A stretch of DNA of 64,000 nt from Octopus sinensis (GCF_006345805.1 NC_042999.1:157170001-157234000); one strand, 5' to 3'. Positions 12,056 through 24,721 are shown, counted from the stretch's first letter. Translations and numbers: made by a program. Notes: generated from the sequence alone by a model not told the origin.

Positions 12056-12266
12056 CCCTTTCGTTACCAACCCGGCTCTGGCTCTTTTGTACAGATGTCT
12101 GGTTTTCAAAAGTTCTGAATTAAAACCTTCCACCAAACCTTAGTCACAATTTATGTCCCTAACTCTAGCTTAATGATAACGATGTTATTTTACTTAATTC
12201 TTTGTTATATTTAACATAATTGGAAGAAACACTGAGCATCTCAAAATAAATTCAGTAACGAAAGGG
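12056..12266. mobile_element. MITE family 1 copy inside the gypsy element
   Basis: ccctttcgttacc...gtaacgaaaggg followed by ttaa. Confidence 0.8.
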
Positions 12267-12744
12267 TTAAGAAAAGAAAAATTGCAACAGATAATACAGC
12301 AAGATGTTTCAAAATTGGTGAAAATATATTTGTTAGAGCATATAAAAATGGAAAACAAAGTTGGGAAGATGGCGTGATTACCAAACACATAGGAAAAATG
12401 CTATACTTGGTAAAAGGAAGAAAATGGGTATACAAGAGACACACGAATCAACTAAAAAAGATTTGTTCAGCAGGAACTCAAAAGAAGGGAAAAAATCAAT
12501 GGAATGTTTATATGATACTTTTCAAGTAGCAATGCTACTACAAATAATTGAACCCAGACACACAAGCAAAAGAAAAAGAAAATGTACGGAGCTCCTGGAA
12601 GTGGATGCTAAATGGGAAAAATATTAGATGTGTAACGGTATAAAAAAAAATCAAGAAAGCGAGGTGGGGGATGTAAAAATTGTTGCTAATAAAAAGAAAT
12701 AAAATGACACTCCCTAAGAAGAAAAGAAAATTTAAAAGGGGAGA

Positions 12745-12933
12745 TGTTATGGGGATAATAGTAATAATGGAATACCCCTACCACATGATGAGTGGTATGT
12801 GCTAGTTGTTACAAATATTGTGACATCAAGCAGTCAGGGTAGTCAGTCATAGATAGTCGTGTCCTACTTGTCTAACTAACTATATTGCTATACCAGAGTG
12901 GACATCATAACAGTCCTGCGTTGGGTTACAACA
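12745..12933 (+). repeat. 3' LTR of the gypsy element
   Basis: tgttatggggataatagtaata...ttacaaca; preceded by the PPT and followed by the TSD ctttc. Confidence 0.85.
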
Positions 12934-13583
12934 CTTTCTAATTTCAAATAACCTGAGGCCACAGTCTCTCAAGGATATCAGAATCGGATAACAGCGAAAT
13001 AGATTTTCTGATTGACTTCACAGGGATACAGTTTCAGAAACAAATAGCCTAATGCCCAATTAGAGGCAACAACATACTGAATCCCTGCTTCATAAACAAT
13101 CTGGAAATCATCTCTAATGTAAGATACCCATACATTTTTTTCTGACAATATCACTCTTAAATTAACAATGTATAACTCTGGAAAATGTATTACTTGGCTC
13201 CCTACTAAAGACATACAAACCTTGTCCAGCCTGATAATTCAGCCCAAAAGCTTAAAAGAAATCAGCCAAGGTAAATCAGCTTCTGGAGACAAAACAAAAA
13301 TAGTAAATAAAATTGAAGCTTTATACTTTATACTTTAAGTATGTTTCATTCAGAAAAGTCAACAGTGTTTAAAGAAATATAATCCTAATATACAGAAAAT
13401 TTTTCATGAGATAAAGAAAAAAAGATCTCAAATAAAAAACAACTGAGAAGGAGAAAATAAAGTCCTCCCAAGAATATAAGAGAGCAATAAAGACTTCAGT
13501 TATAGAAAAAATCATAACAAACAAGCCAAAACTAGCCTGTCACTTCATCAAAGGGACATCTACAAAATAGGATTATTATTTAA

Positions 13584-13933
13584 CCCTTTAGTGTTCAGAT
13601 TATTCTATCAGACAAAATTTCTTTACAATTCATCATAATGCTTCAGTAGTTATGTGAGGCAGCTTCTTGCCTGAGGGGAAAAGCCCATATTGGATATAAC
13701 TTAAATTATTTTAAACCAGAAACATAATCATGACCTTGGTCGCAGTGAAGTAATTTGATTCCCATTGATTTGAATTAATCATGCATTATCTCATATCTTC
13801 AAGATCTTGATGGTGTAATTACTTAATGTAGAATAACATTATAGGGTAGGTGTGAGGGCCTGGATCTGGTCAGTTTGAACATAAAACAGATTAAATATTT
13901 TGGCTGGATATGGCTGGTTTAAATACCAAAGAG
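13584..13933. mobile_element. TTAA MITE family 2 carrying a 140-bp captured insert
   Basis: ttaa-ccctttag...caaagag-ttaa; homologous to 28619-28839 apart from the insert. Confidence 0.8.
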
Positions 13934-14259
13934 TTAAAGGAAGTGGATCACGTTTTGTAAGCCATCACAGAGTATATGAAATACTGAATGAATAACATTT
14001 TCACCTCACTAGTGCAAAAGCAGCTCAGTCAATAGAAGTTTTTATCACTTCAACCTTTTATGGAGAAGCTGCATCAGCAGCTACTTAGGAAAAAAAGAAA
14101 CTGTTGTAATAGCTTCCAATGAAAATTTTAATATAAATTCTTTTGCAGGCTGCAATGATTCCCCAATAACTCTCTTAAAACATGCAAAAATGTCCAACCA
14201 AACCATTTCAGTTGCTTAGCCAAAATTTCTGGAAACTGGTAAAATCCCCACAAACAGTT

Positions 14260-14673
14260 CTCTCTTTCTCTCTTTTACTTGTTTCAGTCATTTGACTGTG
14301 GCCATGCTGGAGCACCGCCTTTAATCGAGCAACTCGACCCCTGGGACTTATTCTTTGTAAGCCCAGTACTTATTCTATCAGTCTCTTTTGCCGAACTGCT
14401 AAGTGACGGGGACATAAACACACCAGCATCGGTTGTCAAGCAATGCTAGGGGGACAAACACAGACACACAACACACACACATATACACACATATATATAT
14501 ACATATATACGACGGGCTTCTTTCAGTTTCCGTCTACCAAATCTACTCACAAGGCTTTGGTCGGCCCGAGGCTATAGTAGAAGACACTTGCCCAAGGTGC
14601 CACGCAGTGGGACTGAACCCGGAACCATGTGGTTGGTAAACAAACTACTTACCACACAGCCACTCCTGTGCCT
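14260..14673 (-). mobile_element. SINE family A
   Basis: Full-length copy. Confidence 0.9.
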
Positions 14674-14859
14674 ATCCATATGGGAGGAAATGAAGCCAAC
14701 ACTAAAAATTACTTCACTGCGACCAAGGTCATGATTATGTTTCTGGTTTAAAATAATTTAAGTTATATCCAATATGGGTTTTTTTCCCCTCAGGCAAGAA
14801 GCTACCTCACCATAACTGCTGAAGCATTATGATGAGATTGTAAAGAAATTAATTACTTA

Positions 14860-14945
14860 ATCACTCAAATACAGATATAGTATACCTGAACTTTGCAAAG
14901 ACTTTTGACAAAGGCAATCACTGGACCTTAATAGGGAACTGGAAC
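14860..14945 (+). mobile_element. CR1/L2-type RT remnant
   Basis: DIVYLNFAKTFDK motif. Confidence 0.5.
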
Positions 14946-15286
14946 CAAACTTTGATCTGGAAACCTGATAGTTCCCAAAGTTTCATCTATCTTGTTTCAC
15001 AACAGAAGTATTACATCTGTTTAATATTGTCCTTGGGAATATAAGGATACACATGAGGTGGACACCCGCAGAAGAGATTTGAATAGACTGCTGTGTACAT
15101 TGCAACAGGAGATGAAGATGAGGGTAGCAGTGGTGAACTCCCTCATTCATAAAATAATTAACACAAGGTTAAAATGAATACCCTGATAGTGTCACACTTG
15201 AATGATTAAAACCAGTACATTTTAATATATTTGTAATAAATTATTTCCACGTCTGTTCTTCATGTATTTATATTTTCAACTTTCAG

Positions 15287-15360
15287 TGTACTCAGAATTA
15301 GAAGAGCTTATAGCCAACTTTATTGCAGGTGGTACTCAACGCAAGATAAAGAACAAGAGG
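15287..15360 (+). CDS. Gene A exon (VYSELEELIANFIAGGTQRKIKNKR)
   Basis: ttttcaactttcag acceptor and gtaatg donor; 74 nt, phase 1/0, matching both neighbouring exons. Confidence 0.75.
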
Positions 15361-15696
15361 GTAATGGCATTCAAATTTTATCCAGAAAACTAGGTTTTGT
15401 TCTGATGCTATTTTCTTTTTCTTTTACTCATTAAAGTTTAATAACATGTTTTCTTTGCAAAGATTTGCTCATTAACCTCATTAGATAAATAATGTTATGG
15501 CTGGATTGAGATTTTTCATTAAATCTTTTATATCTGGGTTTTAGATTTTCTTTAATTATTGGTTCAAAATGATTAACATTAGGAAGCTATCAAATCAACA
15601 CCTTTCTTGTTAAGCCTCTGGTTATTAACTGGAGATGTCCATACTCATCTGAGTGCATGGGAACCAAGGGCTGGTGGTATGGATCTCATACTCTTA

Positions 15697-16480
15697 TATC
15701 ATCGTCATCATCACTGTTTGATGTGTTTTCTATGTTGGCATGGTTGGACAGCTTGACAGGAATTAGCAAGGCCAGGGCCACAATAGGTTTCATACTCCGT
15801 TTTGGCTTGGTTTTTATGGCTGGATGCCCTTCCTTATACCATCCACTCCACAGAGTGTACTGGGTGCTTTTTACATGGCACCAGCACCCACACCAATGCT
15901 TTTTATCTTGCACCTTAGTTTTATGATTTCGATTCTGTTGTGGTGGGCAAGTCTTCTTGAGTGCAGCAATGTGCTACATATCTTAGTCCTCTGTCATCTC
16001 TTTCATAAGGCTCAGTGTTTTGTGATTGGCCAGCAATATTTTGTCCCATGTCTTCCTGGGTTTCTCTTTTCCACAAATTCCCTCCGCTTTCAGTAATCAG
16101 CATTTCTCTATGCATTTGTCCTTATTCATTCATATCATGTGACCAAACCAACAGACTCCTCTCTTGCACACTGCATATATATAATTCCCCTTATGCCCAA
16201 CTTTTCTCTCAATACATCAGCGCTCTGTTGCACATTCACACTGACATCGCACACCCAGTGGAGCGTACCAGCTTCATTCCTCTCCAGGTTCAGAATCCAT
16301 ATCTCACTATCATGTAACATTGCAGTTTACACACATGCATCATACAATCTTTCCTTCATTCAAGGAGAGAGAGAGACACCTTTGGTTACCAACAGAAGTA
16401 AAAGCTCTCTGAACTTTCTCCATCCTATTATTATTCTAGCAATTACACTTCCTGTGCGATCTCCTCCACTACTTAGCAGA
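15697..16480 (-). mobile_element. RTE-clade LINE 3' fragment with (GAT)n tail
   Basis: RT C-terminal remnant (LREKLGIRGI) running into the 3' UTR shared with family E. Confidence 0.7.
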
Positions 16481-16890
16481 AATTATCTCTTCTTTGTTAT
16501 ATAAAGTAAAACCAAGCTATTGACATCTTTTGAAGGTATACTGGCATCGACTAAGACTGCTAATGAGGGAAGGTGGTGGTGGTGACAATGGTGATGGCAA
16601 TGATGATAGTGATGATGATGAGAAGGAGGAGGGGAGACAGAGGTGAATTTTAGCAGGCTGGCAAAGTGGACATTGAGTGGGTCTTATTAAAATGATTAAC
16701 AACTCATGTTTTAACAGATTCTAAAATAATAAACCAATAATGGCCTAATGCACAGTACTAATGGATAATGTAATGATGTTAGCTTATTATATTAAGCTGT
16801 TAGCTTAGTATATTTAGTTTAATATATTTTTGGTTGATTATTGTTTATTCAAGTTGCTAGGTCTAACATTATTAATCTAACCTCCTAGTG

Positions 16891-17109
16891 CAGTGCTTTT
16901 CAAACTTTTTGCTGGAGTGGAACACCAAGGAAACATTCCACTGGCTCGAGGAACCCCTGTGCCAAAATTTTATAGTCTTATGCACACGTATCTGCACAGG
17001 AGACTTAAAAATTACTGCCGATTTTAGCAGTTTTGTAACTTCTTGCGGAACCCCTGCACTGTACTGGTGGAACCCTAAGGTTCTGCAGAACCCTGCTTGA
17101 AAACCACTG
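16891..17109. mobile_element. hAT (Charlie-like) MITE
   Basis: TIR cagtgcttttcaaac/gcttgaaaaccactg; 8-bp TSD tcctagtg/tcctactg (7 of 8 match). Confidence 0.85.
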
Positions 17110-17848
17110 TCCTACTGTATCTAATGAAGATGATATTAGATACAAGTTAGCAACAGTAATACATGAGCAACAGCAGTAGCAGCAACAGTAACAGCAACAA
17201 CAACAACAACAGTGATATAAGTTTCATGTACAACAAATAAACGTATTGTCCTTTGAAATATAAGTCATATACATGAGGTGGACACCTGGAAAAAGAGATT
17301 TGGAAAGACTACTGGGTACATTGCAACAGGAGATAAAGATGAGGGTAGCAGTAGTGAACTCCCTCATTCATAAAATACCTAACACAAGGTTGAAATAAAT
17401 ACCCTGACAGTGTCACACTTGAATGATTAAAACCACTACATTTTAATATATTAACAAGAGTTGTTATTTCAATCAGACCCACATGTTGCAATGTCCACAA
17501 TATCAATAACATGAGCTAGTCTGTTCTGCAAATTCAGAAGTACACAAATGTCAAACAGTTGACATTTTCAAAAAGCAGAGGAATGGGAAATTTAACTGGC
17601 TACAAGCTTGCGCTGGCCATGTTCATGCAAAGATTTTATTTCCAATAGTTCAATTAATTTTTGTTTTTCTGTACCTTCTACTTGAATTTTAATGAATTTT
17701 CCCAACCATCACATCTTTAATTGTATGTTGCACATTGTATCAAGATTTGTAGCTCTATCTACTCTATATATTTTGTTGCATTTTTATTTCACATTTTGTT
17801 GGGTAAATTATTATCTATTTATTTATTTGTGTTAAAAACTAAGTACTA

Positions 17849-18226
17849 AGGCGCAGGAGTGGCTGTGTGGTAAGTAGCTTGCTTACCAACCACAGGGTTC
17901 CGGGTTCAGTCCCACTTGGGCAAGTGTCTTCTACTATAGCCTAGCAATGACCAAAGCCTTGTGAGTGGATTTGGTAGACGGAAACTGAAAGAAGCCTGTC
18001 GTATATATGTTTATGTTTGTGTGTCTGTGTTTGTCCCCCCAACATTGCTTGACAACTGATGCTGGTGTGTTTACATCATTGTAACTTAGCGGTTCGGCAA
18101 AAGAGACCGATAGAATAAGTACTAGGCTTACAAAGAATAAGTCCTGGGGTCGATTTCTTCGACTAAAGGCGGTGCTCCAGCATGGCCACAGTCAAATGAC
18201 TGAAACAAGTAAAAGAGTAAAAGAGT
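17849..18226 (+). mobile_element. SINE family A
   Basis: Full-length copy. Confidence 0.9.
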
Positions 18227-18570
18227 ATACTATTTATGTATGTAAAGACTAATGCTATGCTTTGAAGTGCTTCCTTTTTCTTCTTTGAAGTTTCATGAAT
18301 ATAGACTACTATTCAAAGTTGCTATGTTTATATAGCTTCTATATTCACCTTTCCTCTCTGTATCCTTTGCTTTTTCTGGCACATTGTTCATTTCTAATTA
18401 ATATCCTGTTTTCATCAACATTTCTAACACCACTATATAATAAGATAAATTCTTTATAGAATTAGAATTATTTATGTCCAAATGAGATTTTTTAAAATTT
18501 ATTTATAACTTTTACTGTTCATCATTGTAAAAACAATGATATTAACTGAGCTCTTATTTTTCTCTTCTAG

Positions 18571-18706
18571 AAGAAAACATTCAAAAGAAGAATTTACACT
18601 AGTCAGAAAGAATCTGACCTAAAACGCAAAACAAGGATGTCTTTGGCCAAGAAAGGCTACAAAGTAAAGGACTTTATGAAATATAGCTGGGAAAATGAAG
18701 ATGTTG
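18571..18706 (+). CDS. Gene A exon (KKTFKRRIYTSQKESDLKRKTRMSLAKKGYKVKDFMKYSWENEDV)
   Basis: tttttctcttctag acceptor and gtaaga donor; 136 nt, phase 0/1, open frame. Confidence 0.8.
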
Positions 18707-18995
18707 GTAAGAAAACCTTACATGACAATTAAAATAAGAATTTTAAAAAAATCTTTTCAATCCATTTTTTTGTAATTTCCAGTAAGAGAATTCTAAAAAA
18801 TATGACTATCGAGCAGGAAAAACAAAGAGTAAGAATATAATGCTGATCAATCAATCACTTGATATTGCCTAATCAATAATATTGACATGCCAATTTGTTT
18901 TTTGTATGTATCTGACGTGTGTGTCACGCTTAAGAAATTTTGTTGTTTAAATAAAAATTTTTTACTAGGTCTCTTGTAATTTCTAGAAGAGATTT

Positions 18996-19205
18996 AAGGC
19001 AGCAAGCTGACAGAAACATTAGCACGCTGGGCGAAATGCTTAGAGGTATTTCATCTGTCTTTACGTTCTGAGTTCAAATTCCACCAAGGCCGACTTTGCC
19101 TTTCATCCTTTTGGGGTCAATACTAGATGTGTACTGGGGTTGATCCAATCGACTGGCTTCCTCCCCCAAAATTTTGGGCCTTGTGCCTACAGTAGAAAGG
19201 AATTT
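18996..19205 (+). mobile_element. SINE family D
   Basis: Family similarity. Confidence 0.75.
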
Positions 19206-19879
19206 CTGGAAGACATTTGAAACCACCATCTATGTGTTGTATTACTAATTTTCAACACCCATGCCTACTGGACCACTGAAGCAGTAATGATCTTAATGAG
19301 AAAATTAAGATACTTAAATTTGATACATGTGTCAAGGAAGTGAGAGAGAAAAAGAGAGAACGAGAGGGAGTGGCTGATAAGTATTTGAATTCCTTTGTAT
19401 GATTGAACTGAAATTTACCCCAGTTTTTAAAGGCCCAACCACACACACATTTGTTTTAGGTCTTCTACACATTTGAATTTGGCCATTCACCAGATAACAT
19501 GTTAAGTCTTATGTTCCAAATTTAAATTTTCAATTTGTTTTAATTATAAAATTACACCTCAGTTAAAAAACATCTTTTGACTTTCAAACACAAACTTTTC
19601 TTCCTCTTTCTATATTTTTTTGCTAAGTTACAATTTCTTGTTTTGGTCAGAATTTTTCAAATTTCTTTTTTCTCGTATCAAGTAATGGACAAAAACATTT
19701 CAATTCATAGGGCCGGACAAAGTCAAAATTATTAATTCTATTTTTTCTCCTTACCCTTAATACTAACATGAGCATAGTATGAGAGAAATTTGGCTGTTAT
19801 TTCTAGCAAATTCAACAACCACACAGAGTTGTTCAGTTGGCACATTTGTTGATGTGCATAAGTAAACAAAAACGAAAAG

Positions 19880-19915
<36 letters not shown>

Positions 19916-20127
19916 GAATGTATGTGTGTGTGCAATAATAAGTCACAGGTGGTGGAAATAAATGTGACTGTCACTTGCCATATTTTTGGTGAAGAATCTG
20001 TCTGTTTTTGATAGGATTTTACCAATTTCGTTTTACTAATATCAAGCAATTGACGAAAGAATTTTTAAAAAGATGAACTTCATATATGTATATAAATATA
20101 TATATACATATATATACTTATATATAT

Positions 20128-20165
20128 ACTAGTTTATCACCCAGCAACAACGGGTCATAGTGCTA
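20128..20165 (+). mobile_element. Helitron 3'-end remnant
   Basis: acccagcaacaacgggt hairpin followed by ctagt. Confidence 0.5.
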
Positions 20166-21389
20166 GTGCATGTATATATGTGTATATATATGTGTACATA
20201 TTACATGTACATCTATATATATACATCTACACATAAAATACAAAATACAAAGTTATATCTTGATATCGCTAGTGATAACAATACTCAAAATATATAACAG
20301 ACTGGAATTGTAGGCCTGTCTCTTACAATTTCGATCAATTGTATCTTGTCCTCCCTCTTGTATAGAAGTGTGACTACAATCCAGCCTACCTCTGCGTCTA
20401 GGGGAACATTTTAAATTTTTATCCTGGACGTCCTATGTCCGTTGAATCAAACCTTGCTTCTATTGCGGCGAAATTACGGCCTGTAGTTAGATATCTTTCA
20501 TAGTCACACCAAGACACTTTTCGATGGTGCTTTCCTCCAGTTGTTCAAATCTTTTTTTTTTCTCTACATTGTATACTTTATAGACAATAGTCTTTTCTTT
20601 ACTTTAATTTTTTATTTCGTTTGGTGGTGTTATCCTAGATTCACCGTCTTTGTCGGTGATCAATCCGTATTTCTTCCATTTTAATTTCAATGAGTTCACG
20701 CCCACCGACGGCTGCAGCGAAATTCAATTTTGGACTTTCTTCTATTGAAGGCATTGTAACAAAAATGCTTCCGTGTAAACAGTGAAAATATTGTCAATTT
20801 CCCCAAACAGGGACACAATTCAATTTTTAAACAATAACCAAAGCTCCTTCTCTCAAAGGGGTGGGGGGGGAGGTTACAGTTTACAATTATTTAACAAATG
20901 CAACACAACAATGTTTCCTTTACGAGGAACCAACAAACGTGATAACAATAGTTAAACAGTAATAATAATAACAAAAAGCCTTACGGTGAATCAAAAAGCA
21001 GTAAGCAGTTGAAGCTTTAGTCCTTTATGTATAAGAAATAAACCAACAGCAGTACTCTGTAGGAGCGGCTGTTTGAGAAAACAGATATTACGTACATCCA
21101 AACTTCATATAGATACTTAATGCTAGCTAATTAGCAGATAATCTAATGTAAAAGCACAGCTCCATCTGGACTATTCCATTTCTGCACATTAATTTTATTT
21201 TTAATTTATTCCCATTCATGTGAAACCACTTGTTCAAGTCATTGATGCAATTTTATACCAATTGCTAGTTTTACTTTTTTTTTATGTTACGATTATATTA
21301 TACTCTAGCTTGATTTTAATTATTACTTATTACATACAATTCAATTGTTATTATTATTTTTATTGTTAAAGTGAAAGTATCTGACATAA

Positions 21390-21620
21390 AATAGAGAAAT
21401 GTTTTTGTTTCACTTTTAACACATAATACTGAAATAGTGGATAAGATATGATATTGCTATGGGCTCGCTCTAGGCAAGAAGTTGAACATTTTTTTTTGCC
21501 CATGAAACTACATGGACCCTAAGTAAGGCATGTGCAAAAATTTGAATGAAATTGGCTGTGTAGTTCTCAAGTTTTAGGGAAACACACAGACAGACATACA
21601 TTCTCAGTTTTATATAACAT
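21390..21620 (-). mobile_element. Helitron/DINE-like 5' fragment
   Basis: Reverse complement begins tatataaaactgagaatgtatgtctgtctgtg, like the start of 5506. Confidence 0.45.
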
Positions 21621-21717
21621 ATAATAATATAGTAAATGATACTCTAATACTATTAAATTATTTCTACAAGAAATAAATGACATAAAACGATGTTATAACC
21701 CATGTGTATATATATAT

Positions 21718-21760
<43 letters not shown>

Positions 21761-21846
21761 AAATATAAATGTACATAAGTATATATATATATATGTATGT
21801 GTATATATATATTTAAAAAAGGAGATGTGGAACACGAGTTGTGATA

Positions 21847-22176
21847 TATAAAAAGGAAATGAAGAAAATGCTGACAAAATAATTTAAGTAATTTTAAGTA
21901 ATTTAATTAGGTGAAAGTTCTTTTTACCGGTTGCGCATTTGTTATGCTTATCAAAATATATTTTTTAAAGAGAGATTAGAGTTCCTTTTCTGATAGATTT
22001 TTTCCTCTTATCTTATAAGAGGAAAAAATCTATCAGAAAAGGAACTCTAATCTCTCTTTAAAAAATATATTTTGATAAGCATAACAAATGCGCAACCGGT
22101 AAAAAGAACTTTCACCTAATTAAATTACTTAAAATTACTTAAATTATTTTGTCAGCATTTTCTTCATTTCCTTTTT

Positions 22177-22179
<3 letters not shown>
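21847..22179. repeat. Perfect ~333-bp palindrome (165-bp arms, 3-nt loop), probable PLE pLTR foldback
   Basis: Arms are exact reverse complements by eye; flanked by (TA)n; same family as 55682-56080. Confidence 0.9.
22068..22107 (+). ncRNA. Hammerhead-like motif (U3-A8, GCAA) in a palindrome arm
   Basis: TTGATAA gcat-aacaa-atgc GCAA ccgg TA; helix I weak; 4 copies in this window. Confidence 0.4.
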
Positions 22180-22220
<41 letters not shown>

Positions 22221-22713
22221 GTATGTATATAAGGATCTATAAATATGTAAGTATATATATATATATATAAATACATATGTATTTATATTTACATTTCGAT
22301 AGTTATAAGTAACACTAGAAATACTCATCTTACCCCTTTCTTATTTTTCTTTTGCTTAGAAGTTTTGAGTCTCATGGAGGCAGTTTAATTACAAACTTCG
22401 CTCTTCCCCTTTTACTAAGTCTTGTTTATTTACACCGCCCTTAACTATTTCCTACTTGAATAAGCACCAGCCTTACAGGGAATAAGTCCAAGGCTCAGCA
22501 TGGCCACCGTCAAATGACTGAAACAAGTAAAAGAATAAAAGAATACGAGAAAAACGTTCTCTGAATATGTACGATGTATTCTATGGCTATATAGTGATTC
22601 TGTGTATGTTTGTGTAACTGAGATATTTTGGTTGTATTACATAGTTATCGGTTTTATACTTCTTTCTATATTCTGTAACTGTTGCAATATACAAGTTCTG
22701 AAATTTGGGGGGG

Positions 22714-22888
22714 GGGTCCAGTTGATTAGATTGACCCCAGTATGCAACTGGTACTTAATTTATTGACCACTAAAGAGTGAAAGGCAAAGTCGACTTCAGC
22801 AGAATTTGAACTCAGAACATAAAGACAAATGAAATGTGGCTAAGCATTTCGCCAGGTATGCTAACGATTCAGCCAGCTCACTGCCTTT
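22714..22888 (-). mobile_element. SINE family D
   Basis: Family similarity. Confidence 0.75.
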
Positions 22889-23282
22889 AAATGTCACAGT
22901 AGAGAAACATTTCTCATGGCACCAGCACACAATTTACAGATGCTTACATTTTATGTATTTTCCATGAAGTTTTCACGGGTCCAGCTAATAAATACTTAAA
23001 ATGTAGGGTTTTACATAGCAAAATTTACTTTGTTTATAACAAAGGTGTTTATCAAGTAGTAAGAAGTTAAATAAATCAGGTTCCAGATCTTAAATATTCC
23101 TATGGAAATATAAAAGGAAAATGAAAATGTAAAAGATACATATTTGGAGGAAAGCAAAATTTCAAGGATTTAATTACTGGCATCATCAATGTGGTCTTAG
23201 AAACGACTTTGGTAGTTTAATATGAAATATTTATCCTCTGTCCTTTTTTCTAAATACTTCCACTTCTTCTTCTATGCCCTTT

Positions 23283-23577
23283 TCAAGCCTAACCAGGCTC
23301 ATGGGCCCAGTTTCCCGGTTTCTGTGGTGTATGCGTTCCCCCCAGCTGGACGGGACGCTAGTCCATTGCAGCGTTACTCAAGAAACAGGAAGAGAGAGTG
23401 AGAGAAAGTTGTGGTGAAAGAGTATAACAGGGATCGCCACTACCCCCTACCGGAACCTTGTGGAGCTTTTAGGTGTCTTCGCTCAATAAACACACACAAC
23501 GCCTGGTCTGGGAATCGAAACCGCGATCCTCCGGCCGCGAGTCTGCTGTCCTAACCACTGGGCCATTGCACCTCCAC
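23283..23577 (-). mobile_element. SINE family B head with a different 3' half
   Basis: Head matches family B until ...cttcctgtttc, then diverges. Confidence 0.75.
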
Positions 23578-23994
23578 AAATACTCCCTCGTTTAAGTTAA
23601 ATAATATTCATCTGTAATTTGTGAAAGCTTACATCCACTGTGCTGACCTACCATAACATTATGGAAAATATTGAATTTGAACACAACCAAACCCTTGGAC
23701 TGATATTTTTGAAATCTGAGTTTTGTAAAACTCAATAAAAAGAAGTAAATGAGTAAATGACATTTTGTCAGATACGAACTGAAAACTTCTTTCTTTCATA
23801 AACAATTACCCAAACATGATAGTAGGCATCAGACATTGTTGCTTTATGGATAAAGCAATTATATCTCAATTTAAAACCAGAGAGTACCCGATTAAGATAT
23901 ACTAAAGCATGCATTGCCCCTTTTAGATTCTAAGCACAACGAAGTCCAAACGAAGCACAATAACTCTGAGTCACTTCAGAGCAGCTTTAAGTTG

Positions 23995-24190
23995 TGATAC
24001 ATACCTGGAGAAGGACATCATGCTCAGAATGGTCAGTGGCAAGAGAGGAAGAGGCCGATCAAGAACCCGCTGGCTTGATACCATCAAGACTGATACCGGA
24101 ATGGACATAGCCAATCTGAAAGAAGCAGCCCAGGATAGAACTGATCCAACGGGTAACCGAGAGTCGACTTCGACTGAGTGGATAGATAGA
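23995..24190 (+). mobile_element. RTE (BovB-like) LINE 3' end
   Basis: LEKDIMLRMVSGKRGRGRSRTRWLDTIK motif. Confidence 0.75.
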
Positions 24191-24372
24191 TATACCTTGC
24201 ATGAATTTCTATGGAAAGAATAATGTATATTTATTAATTACAATTAATTTCTCACGTAACAACAGTAATTCCTTTTTTCACTTTCTATTAGAAGAATACA
24301 AAGAGTCAAGCATATTTGTTGCTTATTATAATCTTTAATGCATTATTAATTTATTGAAATTTTTATTTACAG

Positions 24373-24456
24373 TTTCTCCTGAAGATGCCTTAAACACAAA
24401 CCAAATGGAAGAGTTCTTTGAGCCACAAAAAGATTATTTGTTTGACTTTGAAACTG
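24373..24456 (+). CDS. Gene A exon (VSPEDALNTNQMEEFFEPQKDYLFDFET)
   Basis: ttttatttacag acceptor and gtaatc donor; 84 nt, phase 1/1, open frame. Confidence 0.75.
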
Positions 24457-24472
24457 GTAATCTTTCACATGT

Positions 24473-24684
24473 TTACTCTTTCATTCTTTTACTTGTTTCA
24501 GTCGTTTGACTGCGGCCATGCTGGAGCACCGCCTTTAGTCGAGCAAATCGACTCCAGGACTTATTCTTTGTAAGCCCAGTACATATTCTATCAGTCTCTT
24601 TTGCCGAACCGGTAAGTTACGGGGACGTAAACACACCAGCATAGGTTGTCAAGTGATATTGGGGAGACAAACACAGACACGCAA

Positions 24685-24721
<37 letters not shown>

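Larger units (their letters stand above)
5967..12933 (+). mobile_element. Degenerate Ty3/gypsy LTR retrotransposon with both LTRs and nested insertions
   Basis: TG...CA LTRs at 5967-6154 and 12745-12933; 5-bp TSD CTTTC on both sides; polypurine tract aaaaggggaga; gag at 6846-7469, then RT (~8641-9300), RNase H (~9850-10260) and integrase fragments. Confidence 0.9.

Noticed and set aside
24379-24455. CTGAAGA...GAAAC, hammerhead-like spacing
   Set aside because: No helix II or helix I pairing; the stretch is explained as an in-phase coding exon of gene A.
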